Origin: Haliotis cracherodii
Taxonomy: Eukaryota
Direction of reading: 5' to 3'
Length of the DNA: 64,000 nt
NCBI RefSeq assembly: GCF_022045235.1
Contig: NW_027266264.1
Span: 78,368,001 to 78,432,000 of the forward strand
Part shown: piece by piece, positions 36,901-51,900 of the stretch
How positions within the stretch are numbered: position 1 is the stretch's first letter
How the letters are laid out: each line of letters begins with the position of its first letter
Program-made: the position numbers and the translations under genes
Notes under the pieces: generated by a model
What the model was told of the DNA's origin: nothing
The model's database searches: none
Seen by the model: the letters and a program-made list of their open reading frames with translations, nothing else

Positions 36901-39900
36901 GCTGGGGCCTCCTCTCAACCACCACAAGTCATACCTTCATATTCCTGTAGGCCCAGTTTCTCATCCGCCTGAACTGTAACCATGGATTTATGTAACACAC
37001 TCAGAGTCCGCTCCAGCTCACTGAGAGACACAACCCTCCGGAATGGAGATGGCATTGTTGCTCTCTGCACCATCAGCTTCAAAATACTTCTAAGAACACT
37101 CTTCAGTTTTTCATCCCTCTGTGGAATGATACCCTCCAGTAATCCCTTAGTGCCATCTAATCTGACCTTCTCTTTCGGGACCAGTAACATCTCAGTGAAC
37201 TTATTGTTGCAGATAATCACAGAAAGAGCCTTCAGAGCTGACAGCTGTATTGCAGCGTACTTCACAGATCTCAGTTCCTTTTCATCTGTTGAATATTTGA
37301 GAGTACTCGAGTCACTGACAGTCATATTTGAACACTGTGTGGTTGTCATAACATCAGGTGGTTCTGTGTCCTCTTCTGCCTGGCTTGCAGCATTGTTTAT
37401 TACATCTGCATCCTCCTCCCTCTGTGTTCCTCCAGGATCAGATTGAGGGACAGAATCCGTAGCGTTCTCCTCCGGTCTGGCAACAGTATCACTCTCAGCC
37501 TCAAACCACTGATCTCCTGAACTATCTGTAACCTCAGCAATGTCCTCTGAGGAGTCTCGAACCCCAGGTGGAGGCTCCACACTCTGAACATTGTCCCCTC
37601 TAGGTGCAGGCTCTTCATCAGATTCAGTGGAGGCCTTCTTGTCAGCATTGTGATCAAAGTCCACAGTTTTGGCTTCCTCCTCATCCAGGATGCGTGCTAT
37701 GTCTGCATCTAGTTCCTTCATGAGGGCATCTTCATGTTCCTTCTCCTCGGTGTCAGGGGCTGGCTTGTCTTTGTCCACAATGTTGGGTGTGGTCGGGGTA
37801 ACAGCAACCTCTGATGGGGCTTTCTCGGTCAGCAGGAAGGTCATCTCCATTATTGCTTCCAGGTGGTGGGCTCCAATACCACTGAATTTGGTTATAGCAA
37901 ATGGGATGCTTTCTACAGCTTCCAGGTTGCTTAGAGATGTGTCACTGTAATAATGCAATAAACATTAATAAATACTACTTTCTCCACAAATAGCCTAATT
38001 GTAATGACAATAAAGATATACAAAATATCTGAAATATTGCTTACACTAAGTTTTCACCATTTCAGACCAATATAAATACCTTATCAGCACCTGTAAAAAT
38101 AGATCAGATTTCAAAAGAGTGACCCATTTTGCTTACCGGTATTGATGGAGGGTCATTTGTTCTTTCTAGGTTCAAGAACCCATGCTCCATGTAATATGAA
38201 TCAATTGTTACATACTTGAAGTGGAACTATATTTAAGGCATTAATGTTTCATACATTACAGGATAAGACTTTTTCATAAACAGATTCAAGGATCAGGAAG
38301 AACAAATGCATTTCACGTGAACAAACTTCTCAGCTGTTTTAGATAACAAAGATCAATTAAGAAAACATTCTACACCCAATATGCAACTCTCTACAATTGC
38401 TTGAGACCTCTCAAATTATTAATAAGCAAAAGATTGCAAAGTTCATGTCACAAGACATATGCTAAACGTGATGTTGGGTCATACAATTTTTATCCAATAA
38501 TGATGACGTCAAGCTACTGTTGTTGCAGCTGATTCTGAACCAGGAATTCACTGGACATTCTGAATGTACATTGTAACAAGTAAAACTAAAAATTGATCCC
38601 AGTTCCCGCTACTGCTAAACAAAGATCTGAGGCATCCCATTTCATTAAAGTACAAATATATATCAACCATAACATGGTTTAAGTTGGATAAATCACTTGA
38701 ATCTGTTAATTTCTAGGAAGTAGAATCAGATTCTGATGATTTCTCCAAGTCATTACACCTACCCAACAGTGGTGTCTCCTTCATCCCACTGCACCTTAGC
38801 TGTGACAGCTCCTTCTCTAGCCAGACCAAGCACAGTGCCCTTCTTCCCTGTGAGTCTGTGCAGGCACCGGCCTCCCACTCTCAGCCCTCGATCTGTCCCA
38901 CCAATAACAACCATGCATGGCCACACCTGCAGAATTACACAGCAGCTCCTGTTATTGTTAGGCAATGAGGGAGGATGTCACATAAAACGAGGGTGTGAGT
39001 GTGTCAGCAAAATATGATACAGTCCTAAGTCCAGTACCCCCTCCCCCACCAGTCCAATAATTAATTACCAGTCAGTTATTGGGATTCAAAGCTACTGCCA
39101 CCAAAACAATACAAGGCAAAAACACCTGTTATCCCAATAGTGTACTGTCAATCATCCTCTAACTTTACTTAGAAAAGAAAGAACATCAGTCATCTGCTAC
39201 TACATTGTCAGTAACTGTGAAGTAGTACCTCTTGACACAACCAGTCCAGGTTTCCCTCATGCATGAACTCCGAGACCTGGTCTGATGCCAGCATGTGATG
39301 TGGGTGGACTTTCTCCTGTACACACTCCGGAAACTCGAGGGATTCAGCTCCTATTGGAATTTAAGACACTGAGGTAAATTTGAAATCCTATAAAAACTCA
39401 TAACAACTGCACCTGCAAGAAATGTGATGAAATACTATTGGGAATAATACATATATATTAAAGAGTGTAACACTAATCAATGATATTATTACCACCAATA
39501 AATGCTCAAAGAGTATGTGACAAAGACTTAAGCAATTATATTGAGTGAGTGAGATTGGATTTACGCCCCTTTTAGCAATATTCCAGCAATATCACGGCGG
39601 GAGACACCAGAAATGGGCTTCATGCATTGTACCCATGTCAGGATTCGAACCTGGGTCTTTGGCATGACGAGCGAACGCTTTAACCAGTAGGCTACCCGAC
39701 CGCCCCAGAATTATATTGTGCTGATGACAGAGTTCTGATTTCCAAATACTTCTACAATGTAAAGTACACACTTGAGTGATGAGATTACATGAGAGTAATC
39801 AACATTAATAACCTGAACCGCAGCCCCTTGTGTTACTCATATATGATCCCAAACTGGCTTCCACAGGAGGTATTGTTTGGGTGATCGCTTGGCTGAGATC

Positions 39901-42900
39901 AAGCAATGAATTCACACTGCTTTGCAGAATATTGTGAAATTGGTTACCATGATGTCAGAATCAAATGATAATGCTATTCTCTCTGCTACTGAAACTGGTT
40001 TGCTGTATTTTTTACACTCCAGACATTGGTTATTACTATTTACCAACTAAAATGGTGGGAAGAATGATTTGGGATGATAAACAGAATTTCGCCCTGGTGT
40101 CTTTTGACATAAAATACATCAACACTTGTTGAAAAATGTTTTAAATCAACTTTTATCGACTAGTGTTGATATATTATTTATCTAAAAGTACTGACTGCAG
40201 CTCCAGCTTACCTGCTTGCTCCTCTGGTTGTCTTTCCCCCTCCAGTCTGTCTGTGGAAGCATTGTTATGTATCCGACCAAGCACACTGTATATCTTGTTG
40301 TTGACATGTGAGGTCCACGAGTCGACTGTGTGGAGGTGTCTAATCAGTGTGATACCTGCCTCGACCATCACACCCACAGTGGGGGCACAATGGGGGTCCC
40401 CAGGGAGCAGATCCCTGGGGGTGCTCCGTAGCTGCATGTCTGTTATCTTCACCTATCACAGACACAGCTGACAGTGGTATACTGGATTCAAGCTTAACAT
40501 TTGTTTAAAGAAATAATACGTACAATGACAAGCATGTCTTACAGAACTGATACAATTAAATAAACTTTACTTAAATTGTTGTTAGGCATCTAAAAGCTCA
40601 GACTTTTCATATGGACAAGAAGTAGTCCTGAAATGACATTACATAATGTCTTGACCATTAGTCTTACTTACTCACCTGAATATCAATAATATATTATACT
40701 AAAAAAAACCTAAAGAACACCTGATTCTTACACATTGCTATAGTTTCTATATCCCCCGCCAACTTTGTTGGGCGGGGTATAAAAACAGCAGACCTTAAAT
40801 GTGAAGCAGATTGGTTTGGGGAGGCAAACATTCTTTCATCGTGCACCAGTGGTTAATATGCCTTCCCTTTCTGTACTAAACACCAGGTACAGGAAACAAT
40901 TCAATCCTGATGGACTAATTTCTACAGTGAATGTTATGCATTAGGTTGTTCGCACATCAGACTCAATGAAAACTGAGTACATAGAAACACACATTACCTT
41001 TTCACCAGGGTTGCTGCTGTAAAATGTTACACATGGATAGAGCTCTGTAGCATCCAAGTCTTCAAAGGCTATCCTAGGGTCCTGCAAACAATGGTACACT
41101 GTTTAAAACTTTGGATATTCTAAAGAGTCAATAATATACAAATAATTGCATTCATATAATTCTGTACTCGTTTGTTTGGTCATGAATAAGATTTATACCT
41201 GTTTGTCAATATGTGATGTCAGGTCACACAAACAAAGGGCTTTCTACATTGTTTTAATATTGTTATTTTTTTAGTTTGGTGGTTGGGGGAAGGGGAGGTC
41301 ACAATGCAGCCATGGAATTAGACAAATCATCTAACACAAAATACTTACATCTCCATTTTTGCCAAATGCAAGTGTCCTTGCATCCATGTCCAGAATGACA
41401 GTGATGTAGTCTCCCTGGCTGAAGTTTGGTAGTGTTAGTGTTTGTTCCCCATTGTGGTAGAGGTTGCCACTGTACGCCCTGTACAGCCACATGTCCGATG
41501 TTGTACGGTGACCATGGTCCCTCACTGGCCACTTAGACACGCCCACACATGTGCCTTCATTACAGCGATTCTCTTTCACAATCAGAAACTGAAAAAAAGG
41601 AATAATGGACAAAAATACCAAATTGTCATATCCAACAACCATATTTGTATTGTAGTCATAAAAAACAAGTACAAAACATGGTATATTTAGTCAAAACTCC
41701 CTTTTTATGGGTCAGGACATGATGTGGCATAACTCATCAAGAATTCATTCTTAGATCACTGATGCAAAATTTAGTCAGAGTAAGTATAAATGTTGAAGAC
41801 TGAGTAACTTTTCTTTAAAGCTCATTTGGAATATTTCAGTTGTACCTTGATATAAATTCACATTTCACCTTAAAATGGAAGGAAAACCCAAAGTAAAGCA
41901 GGTTGAGGGGTTCACCACTTCCGTGAACCAACAAACAGAGGTGTGTTGCTGACAGACCAACTATCATAATCAGGACAAAGCTGTGACATTAACACACAAC
42001 CAGAGGATCTTGATACATTTAGGAAGCAACTTGGCACAACAAATTGCAGCACTTGAGAAGACTAAGTCATCTGTATTCTGCAGTGCTTAACATACACCCT
42101 TATTGTACCAGCAAAAAGTTATTGAAAAAGACACAACAAGCATGAAATACTCATATCCCCTGCCAATATGACATGTTTGCTTGTGTGCAAGGCAAGAAAT
42201 ATTGTACGGTTTTCAAGATCTGCTCCGGAAACGAGCATTTCTGCCATTATCAGTCTAAGTCAAAGTCGTTGCCATGGAAACTTGAATAATAAATTTTCAC
42301 CAGTAAACCACAAGACCTATCTATGTGCCATGTTTATGGTTAAGATATCTCTCATGGTTTTTGAGTTTTGCTGTGGAAACTAAACTTGACGGACGGATGG
42401 ATGATCGGACATCACCCATTCCTATATCCCCCTTCCACTTCGTGGCAGGGGATAAGCTATTGCCGGAGTCCACTAAGGGTGTCACAAGTGCCTACCTTCC
42501 ACTGATAGCACCCAGATGTAACAGCCGTGCTCCCAATGCCGAACCCCCTGCCTCCCGTTCCATGCACCAGAGTATGTCCTGCCTCCACGCTGCTGTTCAA
42601 ACATTTCTCTGGGTCAAAGCAAGCTCCCTGCATCATGATGGAGTCTACAATGTTGGTGGCACCGGACACTTCACCAGAATTTTCTAAGGCTTCTATTTTT
42701 CTCAAAAGGTTCATTTTCCTATCTTCAGCTTTCTGCATGGCTTCTGCTACTGGAATCTGCCACATATTCTTGGACAGACTGTCAAACAACTGCCCAACAA
42801 CCTTCAAAAGATGGAGAGATATTTATTAGTTTATCATGTACTTATATTGTTAATTTATTGCCGTAGGCTTCCTGCCCTACAACCTTTAAATGTCAGCTTT

Positions 42901-45900
42901 CATAAGTTTTATACTTGTATATGTAGGATAAAACTGCTGTCTTGAAACTAGAAGAATAAGAAAAAGTAAATCACTTTTCTTGCTTTCATAATCAATATCA
43001 ACTCTCAAGATAAGCTTAAACTAATCCTGTATCAATACACTACTGAAGTAACACCAGTCAGCGTCTCTACAAGTCACTCATTGTGAATGTGTGATTAATG
43101 CTTCACATGCAATCAACAATATTCCACCTTATTCACATTGTCCTGTAAATAACCAAGTGTGTGCCTAGCAAACCAGTGATTAATGGCATGAGCAATGATC
43201 CACTTTGTCAGGTAGCAATGACACACAATTAGCCAGCCAAACCATTGAATGAGTGAGTAACATCCCACAAAATCAGACTTGTCACAGAGTCTGATCGCCT
43301 GATCACAGTTCGTCACCTCTTATGGTAAGTAATGGTGCAGGGGACCTATCCTAACTCTAATCCCCACATTGTTCATGACAAGAATAGAGTGCTGTGGCTG
43401 CATTCTTCCTCTAGATGCTACAGGGTCAACTGTGGCAGTCAGTGATTTCAGTGGAGCTGCATGTGGCTGACCTTGTCCTTGTATTCGGTGTCCTCCCCAC
43501 CCGTGGCTGGCAGCACAGCCTCCAGAAGGATGAGAGCAAGGAGGCGTGTCCTCAGATTGCTGAAGTAGGGCACTCCTGCAACACATCGTTACTTGATTAC
43601 AGCCATGACACTTATAGTGATGTTTCTACAAACCTCTATACAGAGCAAGCTGAGTAAAGTCCAAAACCTGAACCAGAGTGCATTCACCAAAAGATTGTTT
43701 TTACGTTATGATACCCAAACCTGCAATTGAGTTGCTACTAGGGATGGGTATTGGAGGATTAAAGTGTATCATAAGTATAATATTTTGCGATACACATGGC
43801 CGTATTGCGATACATATGATGATATACTGTATAATTCTAAATTTTTAATTTAGAAGCAATCTAATACATTAAGGTTCATAAATGGAACAAAACAAGATGC
43901 TGGTGCAACATAATGTTCACTCAGTCGATAAATACAAAGCCATCTTTGGGCCCGAGGTGAATGCTTCAGTGCAGTGAAGGCATTTGGCAAGTATATAACA
44001 TTAAACACATCATAAAAATCTCTATTTGAAATCACCCAATATATTGAGCATACATAAATGATATTGTGATACGTATCATGGAAAAAATGAACTTCAATTT
44101 ACTGATATGCCTTTGGACTTGACCTAAAGAGATTAAAATGATTTATTTTTCAACATAAACAGCTTCCACAGTGATACATTTTTGCCAGAAATGTTGTTGG
44201 GATTCTATCCTTCTCCTGGCTGTCCAAAGAGCTGCTATGACATCATAGTTTGAGTCGAAATGGGTTCTGGCTAGAGTTGTCTTCGTGTTTGGGAACAGAT
44301 GGAAGTCTGACAGAGCCACATGAGGAGAATTAGGGTGGTGGAAATAAGGTAGGCAATTCCTTCAATGTGATGCTCAACACTTTTCAATTAACCCTCGTAT
44401 CTTTTGCCATATTCATAGTGTAAAGGAGTATCACAACCAAAAAATATCTCCATCAAGATTTGTCACAGTTTTTGTGTGACCAGTGTCATGTGGCAGTGTC
44501 AACTTGGCATTCAAGTTGAGACATGCTGAAGACATGGGCATGCACACATGCACAGGGGAACATACCTCTGTCATCTGTTCCACTAGCTATGTTGAGCAAA
44601 GCATCCACCCATCTGGTGCATGCCAGTCTCTGCTGGATGGGCTTGGAGACTGCAACACGTCTGAGGAACACCAGGAAGTCGCCCACAGAAGTCTGGGAAG
44701 ATGTTGCCTCATTCTCACCATTATCTATGAGTTGGAAATGTTAACAACAAAATAAATCTTTGACTATCCGGATAAAATAAAATAATAAACAGATGAACTC
44801 ATTCGTTCTGGAAATACTTCTTAACCTTGTGCATGCAACTACAATTTCAGTACACCCCATTTTTAGAAACATGGGTGGCTAAGTTGTTAAAGATGCTGCA
44901 ATTTGCTGTACAGATTTGTGTTCCTTAGCTGTGCCAGGATCTCCTGAAAATTTAACATTTGAAATCTCTGATTCATCCTGATTATGATCCTTGGTCCATC
45001 AACACCATACCCAACAATGAAGCACAAACTGAACTACTGTTCAAAGTTGCTAAAACCCAACTCACTCATTGATGTTCATCATACAACAGGAGGGAACAGG
45101 AGAACAAATTTGAATGCAAAGTGTCATAATCTTTGTGCATTCCCCCCTCTATGGTACCTTGTGTCTAAGAAATGGCATATTACTATCATCATTACAATTT
45201 CAGCATATACATGTCCGTGACAGTTTCTGTACATTACATGTGTCTATGACAACATCATCAAACTATATTAGTATACAGCACAGGAGTGAATGACTCATGC
45301 ACGAGATAGCTTTCTTACCAGCTGCACACCCATCCCCTGTGTCCAGTTCGGGGCAGGCTATGTACAGCAACTTCTGCAGGTGCTTCCACAGAAGCTCAAT
45401 GATGGCCTGAATCACGCCCAGACTCAGCCGGTCAGCATAGGTACTGGAGGGACAATGTGTTCACATGTCATAGCAGTACAACCATCTTATATCTAAATAT
45501 TTTCTACACAAAATCAATTTTCAAAACCACTAGTTGTTTGAAATTATGCATGAAATCTAGGCCTCACCATACTTTTAATTACAAGAATGAAAGATGTTTT
45601 TATTCTGATTCAAATACTATATCAAGGACTCGAGGAATCCTCTCAATTTCTAACATAGTTGCTGAAGACAAGATATGAATATGAACTGTTTTCACACAAA
45701 CTGACGACTGATCTGGGGGTTGTACTGATCGATTCCTGACTTCCATAATGAAAATGTTTGAATTATTGTCTTCGATGTAAGAACACTGGTTATTTGAAGT
45801 CATTTGAAGATCAAACTTCATCTGCTACTTAACTCATCAGGTCTCACAAGGAAAAAGTAAAATCTCATACCTGGGACCTGGGTATAGACATCTCCTGAGA

Positions 45901-48900
45901 GGTTATCATGAAAAGACAGGTACTGTCTAATATAATAGTCCATATCCGTGATTGGTTTACAATTGTAACGACTCACTACCTACCCTGTGGTGACCGCTAT
46001 GATCTGTAGCAGGCGGAGGCTCGACACCTGCAGAATGGCTCCCAGGTGGGTAGCCTCCAGGCACCGCTGCAGTGGTGGAAGCGTGTTGGGGAGGGACACC
46101 GAGTTCTGACACAGCTGGAACAGCATCGGCAGCAGGCCACATGACACGGCCAGTGACACATCCACAGGCTTGTACTTGACACTCAGGGCAAGAATAGTGG
46201 ACAGGAGCAGATGGTTCTTGGTGGCTGTTGTTGAACATACAGGTTCAAGATATCAACCAAAGAGCTGGTAATATGTGTGGAAATAGATTTACTTTGCTTA
46301 AACCATTATACCATTAAATGTTACCCCATTCAAATCTGCCCATGAAAAATAAAAGCATGTTATTGAGAAAAAAATAATACTATCAGATAAGTTAAATGGA
46401 TCATTGTCTGTGTGATTCATTACTGATTTGAATATAAAGCATATCAATCAGATATCTGATGTGTGACCAATCTGAAATCCGAAAATAAGGAATCCTACTT
46501 GATGCCATTCATACAAGAACGACAGACAAAGACATGTAGATAAAGACATACTCACCCTCCCCTAGAACCTCTGACTTGTATGTGTCTATGAGAGATGCTA
46601 CAAGAGCTTCATAGATCCGATGAACAGCCAACTGTATCTCCTGCTGTGTCTGTGAACGGGCTACCTTAATACCATCCTGCACAAGAAGAAGCCAAGGAAT
46701 ATTAACACAAAATATCAAATTGTGATATCATCTCCATATAATATTGTTCAATAACAGTTGCATCATCACATGGTAAACTAACTGTTAACTAACTGTTAAC
46801 CCTTCTCGCCCCCCATGGGCAGCATGGGTTGTATACTCCCCAGGGAACTGAGAACATAATGTTTTGGGCATGCTTTATGTTGTGGATTTGGCGCATTATG
46901 AAAATGCACATCATTATCATCAGTGTGAGTGAGTGAGTATGGTTTTACACCTCTTTTAGCAATATTCCAGTGATATCATGGCAGGGGACACAAGAAATGG
47001 GCTTCACAAATTGTACCCTTTTGGGGAATCAAACACTGGTCTTCAGTGTGACGAGTGATCGCTTTAAGTACTGGGCTACCCCACCAACCCTTATTATCAT
47101 CAGTAGTGCAACATGGGCTGAATGCACAATGGGAGTGACCTGGTAGTGGTAGAGCTGAGTGCTGGTGTTGAGGCCCTCAGCTGGCAGTACGAGGAGACCG
47201 AAGCAGCCGGCCAGCAGCTGTAGATGAGCTGAGTTGAGGAGAGTGGTGGTGGAGGAGCTGTCTGAAGTCAAGTTCTCGTACTTCTCCTTCCCAGTAGATA
47301 GCAACTCTACAACCTGGTTTAGCGCATACAGCCTAGACTGAAGGAAGGCAGATAACAGGCTTTATTAGACGGTGTCTGAAATACTCTGACTTAATTTTAA
47401 CACTTATCTCTTGCAAAAGTAAACAAGATAAACATAAACAAGAGATCCCCCATTCACGCTGCTTAGTGCTCATTGAATCTTTAAGGTTTCTACCGCCATC
47501 TTTTGCCTCTATCGGATAAGGATAGTATCTCATCATATTCTAGGCTCCCAGGTTGATTGTACACAACTGTTTATTTTGTTACATACTACCTCGAACAACG
47601 GAAGAAAAATAAAAAAAGGCTGCCCGTCCACACTATGTTTTCAAAAGCCAGTGCCTGAGAACAATTTAAAAAAACAACTTTAAGCCTTACTTGTCTTACT
47701 TTATATTTTGTGTTAGCCTAAATTTATTTTGTGTGTTCTGAGACCATTACACTAAACAAAGTGAAGCTGCTTGGAACTATACATTTGTCTGACGTTTGTG
47801 GTGGTTCTTAGATTTTCACAGGCATCTCTAATAATGCATGTACATCAGTCATGATTAAAGTACAGATTCATAGAAATAAATATGGATTGACTAGAGTTTT
47901 CGTCTGGACAATCAGGCCAGCTTTACAGAAATGTTACTAGCCCAATTAAAAAGTCACTTACATTTGTCCAGTGGGCAAGCAGCTATTTCAAACACTGAAT
48001 TATAAGCCCCAGTTTGACTCTTATCAAACCATACAATCTGTACGGACATAAGACTACATTGATGAGAATCGAATAGATTATTTGTTACCTGTATCAAATC
48101 AAATCTTCACTCATTCAGTCCTTACCTCATTTAGTTGTTATGGCATTAGATACCCATTTCAGCTTGTAAATTTCATTTTGAAAAAGTTCCATTCATTGTG
48201 AAATGTTTTTAACTGCAAGCCTTACCTCAGCTCTGTTCTGTTGTAGGTCCATAGCCTGCCCCAACACTGAGATACTGACACTGAGAGCTGCTGGTTCTGT
48301 TTCCTGCTTATTGGCAGAAGATGCTAGCTCCTCTCCACACACAAACTTGCCGATCTCTTCTGTGATGTCTCGGTGTAGAGAGACCAGTGAGATGTGATGA
48401 CCAGATGATTTCAAGTCTTCCAATCTCTCCCGCCGCCATCGCATACGCCTCAGTGTCTCCTTGACTTTCTGCAGAGATCCTACATTCCTGCCTAAACAAA
48501 CCATGCCACAGATGTCTTATACCTGAACGCTACTGTTTCAGATTTACATCTCTTCATCTTATGAAGCCAAGCCAGGGACAGACACAGCCACTAGTCTGTC
48601 AGTGTGAGACTAGTGAAAAAACCCAGATTAGTTATTTTCTACCAAAATCTAGCTATATCATATAAACTACTAGTCCGAAAGGATCTGCTCCTTTGGGGGC
48701 AGACACTGTTGGTCAAATCCAACTCGTCCAAATTGAGCTGCAGACTAGTTGTATTTGACCAATGGTGTCTACCCCTGCCTACCATATACAACAGATTAAA
48801 TATTAGAGAGAGATGGACGGTACACTTGTAAATCTCACTTGTGAATACATCAATCTTGCACCTTTCCATGTTAAATATCCTCTATCTGCATTATATGCTT

Positions 48901-51900
48901 AATGCTTTTGATGTCTAAACAAAACATATACTGCCATAGGTATGTCATCAAAATGCAAATAACTTATCTAAAATGCTTAATGAGAATTGTGAAAAAACAC
49001 TGTTAATAAAACAAAGACATAAAATTCAGTCTTGGACTTTTAATAGCTTAAGTATATATTGTGAAGTGATGTCATAAAGGATGTAAGAAACGTGTGACAT
49101 ACTTTTGGCGGTGTTGAAGTTGGGTGTTGCTGTTCCATCTCGGTCCCTTACTCTCAGCGATAGCTCCTCCTGCAACAGCAGCAGCATACATTATGCAAAC
49201 AATCACACTGGCATCATTCCCTAGCAATACAATAAGGAGTGGTAGTGGTCTCAGTGATTTGCTGAAAGCTTGAATTAATTACCTGAGCCTCACTAGAAGC
49301 AATCTCTGGAAAGCTTCCTCTTCTAGCCACTCGACGCCCAGGAGACAGCAAGGTACTCTTTTCTGATGCACTGTCTGAAAAAACAAATCAATGAATTGAA
49401 TAATGCACTATTTTGGAGAGAGTGAGTGAGTTAGGTTTTACCCGCATTTGAACTGTATTCCAGTTATATCATGGCGTGTTAGCTTAATGTGAGAGGAAAA
49501 CCCAAAATGATGCAGGTCTCAGACGTTTACCACTTGGTGAAACAAACAAGCACGGGTGTGGTGCTAACAAACCTAGAACCATATTCGGGGGAACCAGGGC
49601 AAACCCAAGGTCATAGGTTTCTGACATGCACAAGGGACATAACTGTTCAGCAATTTGCAGTGCCTTATAATGAGAGGGACACCTTTGCCCTTGCCCTATT
49701 AAGGAATGAAACCTTAAACAGCTTATTGAAGAGAATTGACTCGCTTGATAAAGGTACCTGTACCAAACAATTGCATTGAAAGAATCAAGAAGATGAAACC
49801 CATGTCAACTCTGCCTTCATTAACACAACAGCCTCTAAAATGTCACTTTAAATTATAAAACTGTTCACAGATGAATCTGGAATACATGTGGCAGTCAAAC
49901 AGCAGAATCACCTGATATTTCCTCTAGACTCTCCTGTCTTGCAGCGACTGACTGTGGTTGTGACTGAGTCAAGTGGTCTGACTCATCTGGAAAGAACAGA
50001 ACAAACCATTAACAACCAATCTTAGTGTCATCAGAAACTAAACACAAAATGTTTGATTAAAGTTATACATGATCATGAGTGAATTTGAGTCATCCCTGCT
50101 TTGAACAGTATTCCAGTTTTATCATGGTGTGTCATGTGCAAGGTTTTTTTATGTTTACCAATTCAGAAGGGTTCTATAATTTGGAAGAGGGATGATACAT
50201 TTTGGTGCCACATTATTTAAAGTTAAAGGTTACAATAACAACTTACCTGAAAATGATCTGACTCCTAACAGTAGGAAGACACATTTCTGTAACACTGTCA
50301 GGCAAACATCTTCATAAGTTATTGGTGCGGAGGACTGTTTGCTTCGACAGCTCTGACTGTCTTCATCCTCTGCATATACACAAATTTTTAAAATATATTT
50401 GTCTGTACCTAGCATATGAAAGATGTATTCTATACATCCAGGTAACTCTCAAAAGCAATACAATGAGTTTCATATGTAACATCAGTCTTTTGTTTTTTAG
50501 GTCAACATATTACTATCTTCTTATTTAGCCAGTCTTTATTTCATTACTGTTTGTTTGTATGTTGCTTAACATCGCACTCAGCAATATTCCAGCTATATGA
50601 TGGCAGTCTGTAAATAATCGAGTCTGGACCAGACAATCCAGTGATTGACATCATGAGCATCGATCCATGCAATTTGGATACGATGACATGCATCAACCAA
50701 GTCAGTGAGCCTGACCACCTGATCCTGTTAGCTGCCTCTTATGACAAGCATTGTTGCCTTTTACGGCAAGCATGGGTTGCTGAAGACCTGTTCTACCTTG
50801 CATTTTCATGGGTTTCATTACTGAAAAAGCACTTGTAATAATACAGACGAACACTTTCCAAGTTCACGAAGTTAATTTGACCCTGCAATTTGATCAGACT
50901 TTGCTAGTTACTTTTCTTGGAGCAAAATACATGGGACAAGTTTACAGTTGAGGTTAAAAATATACTCTCTGATTGATAATTGATGTGTATTTGCCATCTT
51001 GATTGACAGTCATAATAGAATGATGTTACCATGGATACATTAGATCACGGAGGAGGTAATTTGTACAGCGTCAGTCCATTATGACACAACTAAAAAAATT
51101 GACTTTATCTCAGGATAAAGTACAGTTGGCACCTTTGATCATATAACGAAGCATCTTAGAACACAGTGTAACTGGCTATCAAACCTGAATTTGAAGTGAA
51201 ATGTTGTGCCATAATCTCTACTGGTGTAGTAAGCAAATAACAAGCAATGTGTGCCTACCTGACCGACCTTCACTGTCATTTCTCTCTGCGTCAGACTCGT
51301 AATGTTCTGAGATCTCCTCCCCAATCTGTGTGAGACTTGACTCAATGATCTCCTCTGTTACTGGTCTCTCTGGCTTGTCATCATCCCTCTCCCCCTGCCA
51401 GATCTCCTCCCTCACAGGCCGAGGGGTGCTCCCGCGGGGCAACTTGAAAGACACCAGCTTGCTTCGTAGTCGGTACACCAGCTGGTACAGCCCAGTCAGG
51501 TGTTTGGAAGGACTGGAAAAAATGTGAACAACACATGTTTTCTAGGTAAGAGGGAAATAGGGAAAGAGAGTGAAGCTCATCTGGATAAGCAGTCAACAGT
51601 TCAAAACATCAGCAAAGACAGCCACAAATTGTGTCTCCTGATGGGATTTATTTTTCTCATGCCAAACAATTTCTTTCAATCCATATTGATGCCTTTCATC
51701 AAACAAACCCCTATACTGATGACAAACATTGAAAGAAGTATAACAATATTCCAGTCTGTTATATCAAAGACAAAAATTCAGACACTAGAATGTTACACCA
51801 TTTGCAGATATAGGACCAGCTCTATCACCGGCCTTCCTGTAATCATGACCTAACCTATTCATATGAAGATATAAAGCTTTCTACATGAGTGTCTGTCAGA

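Noticed and set aside
36982-37950. Plus-strand ORFs antisense to HERC1 exons
   Set aside because: They are shadow ORFs of coding sequence with no independent support.
39813-39950. Open frame ending in a GT donor between exons 31 and 32
   Set aside because: There is no convincing phase-1 acceptor, and the flanking exons splice directly with the expected spacing.
48639-48869. 76-aa minus-strand ORF with AG/GT signals (48643-48778) as a possible extra HERC1 exon
   Set aside because: It lies inside a TIR-bounded MITE, needs a shifted acceptor on exon 21 to stay in frame, and exons 20-21 already join in phase.
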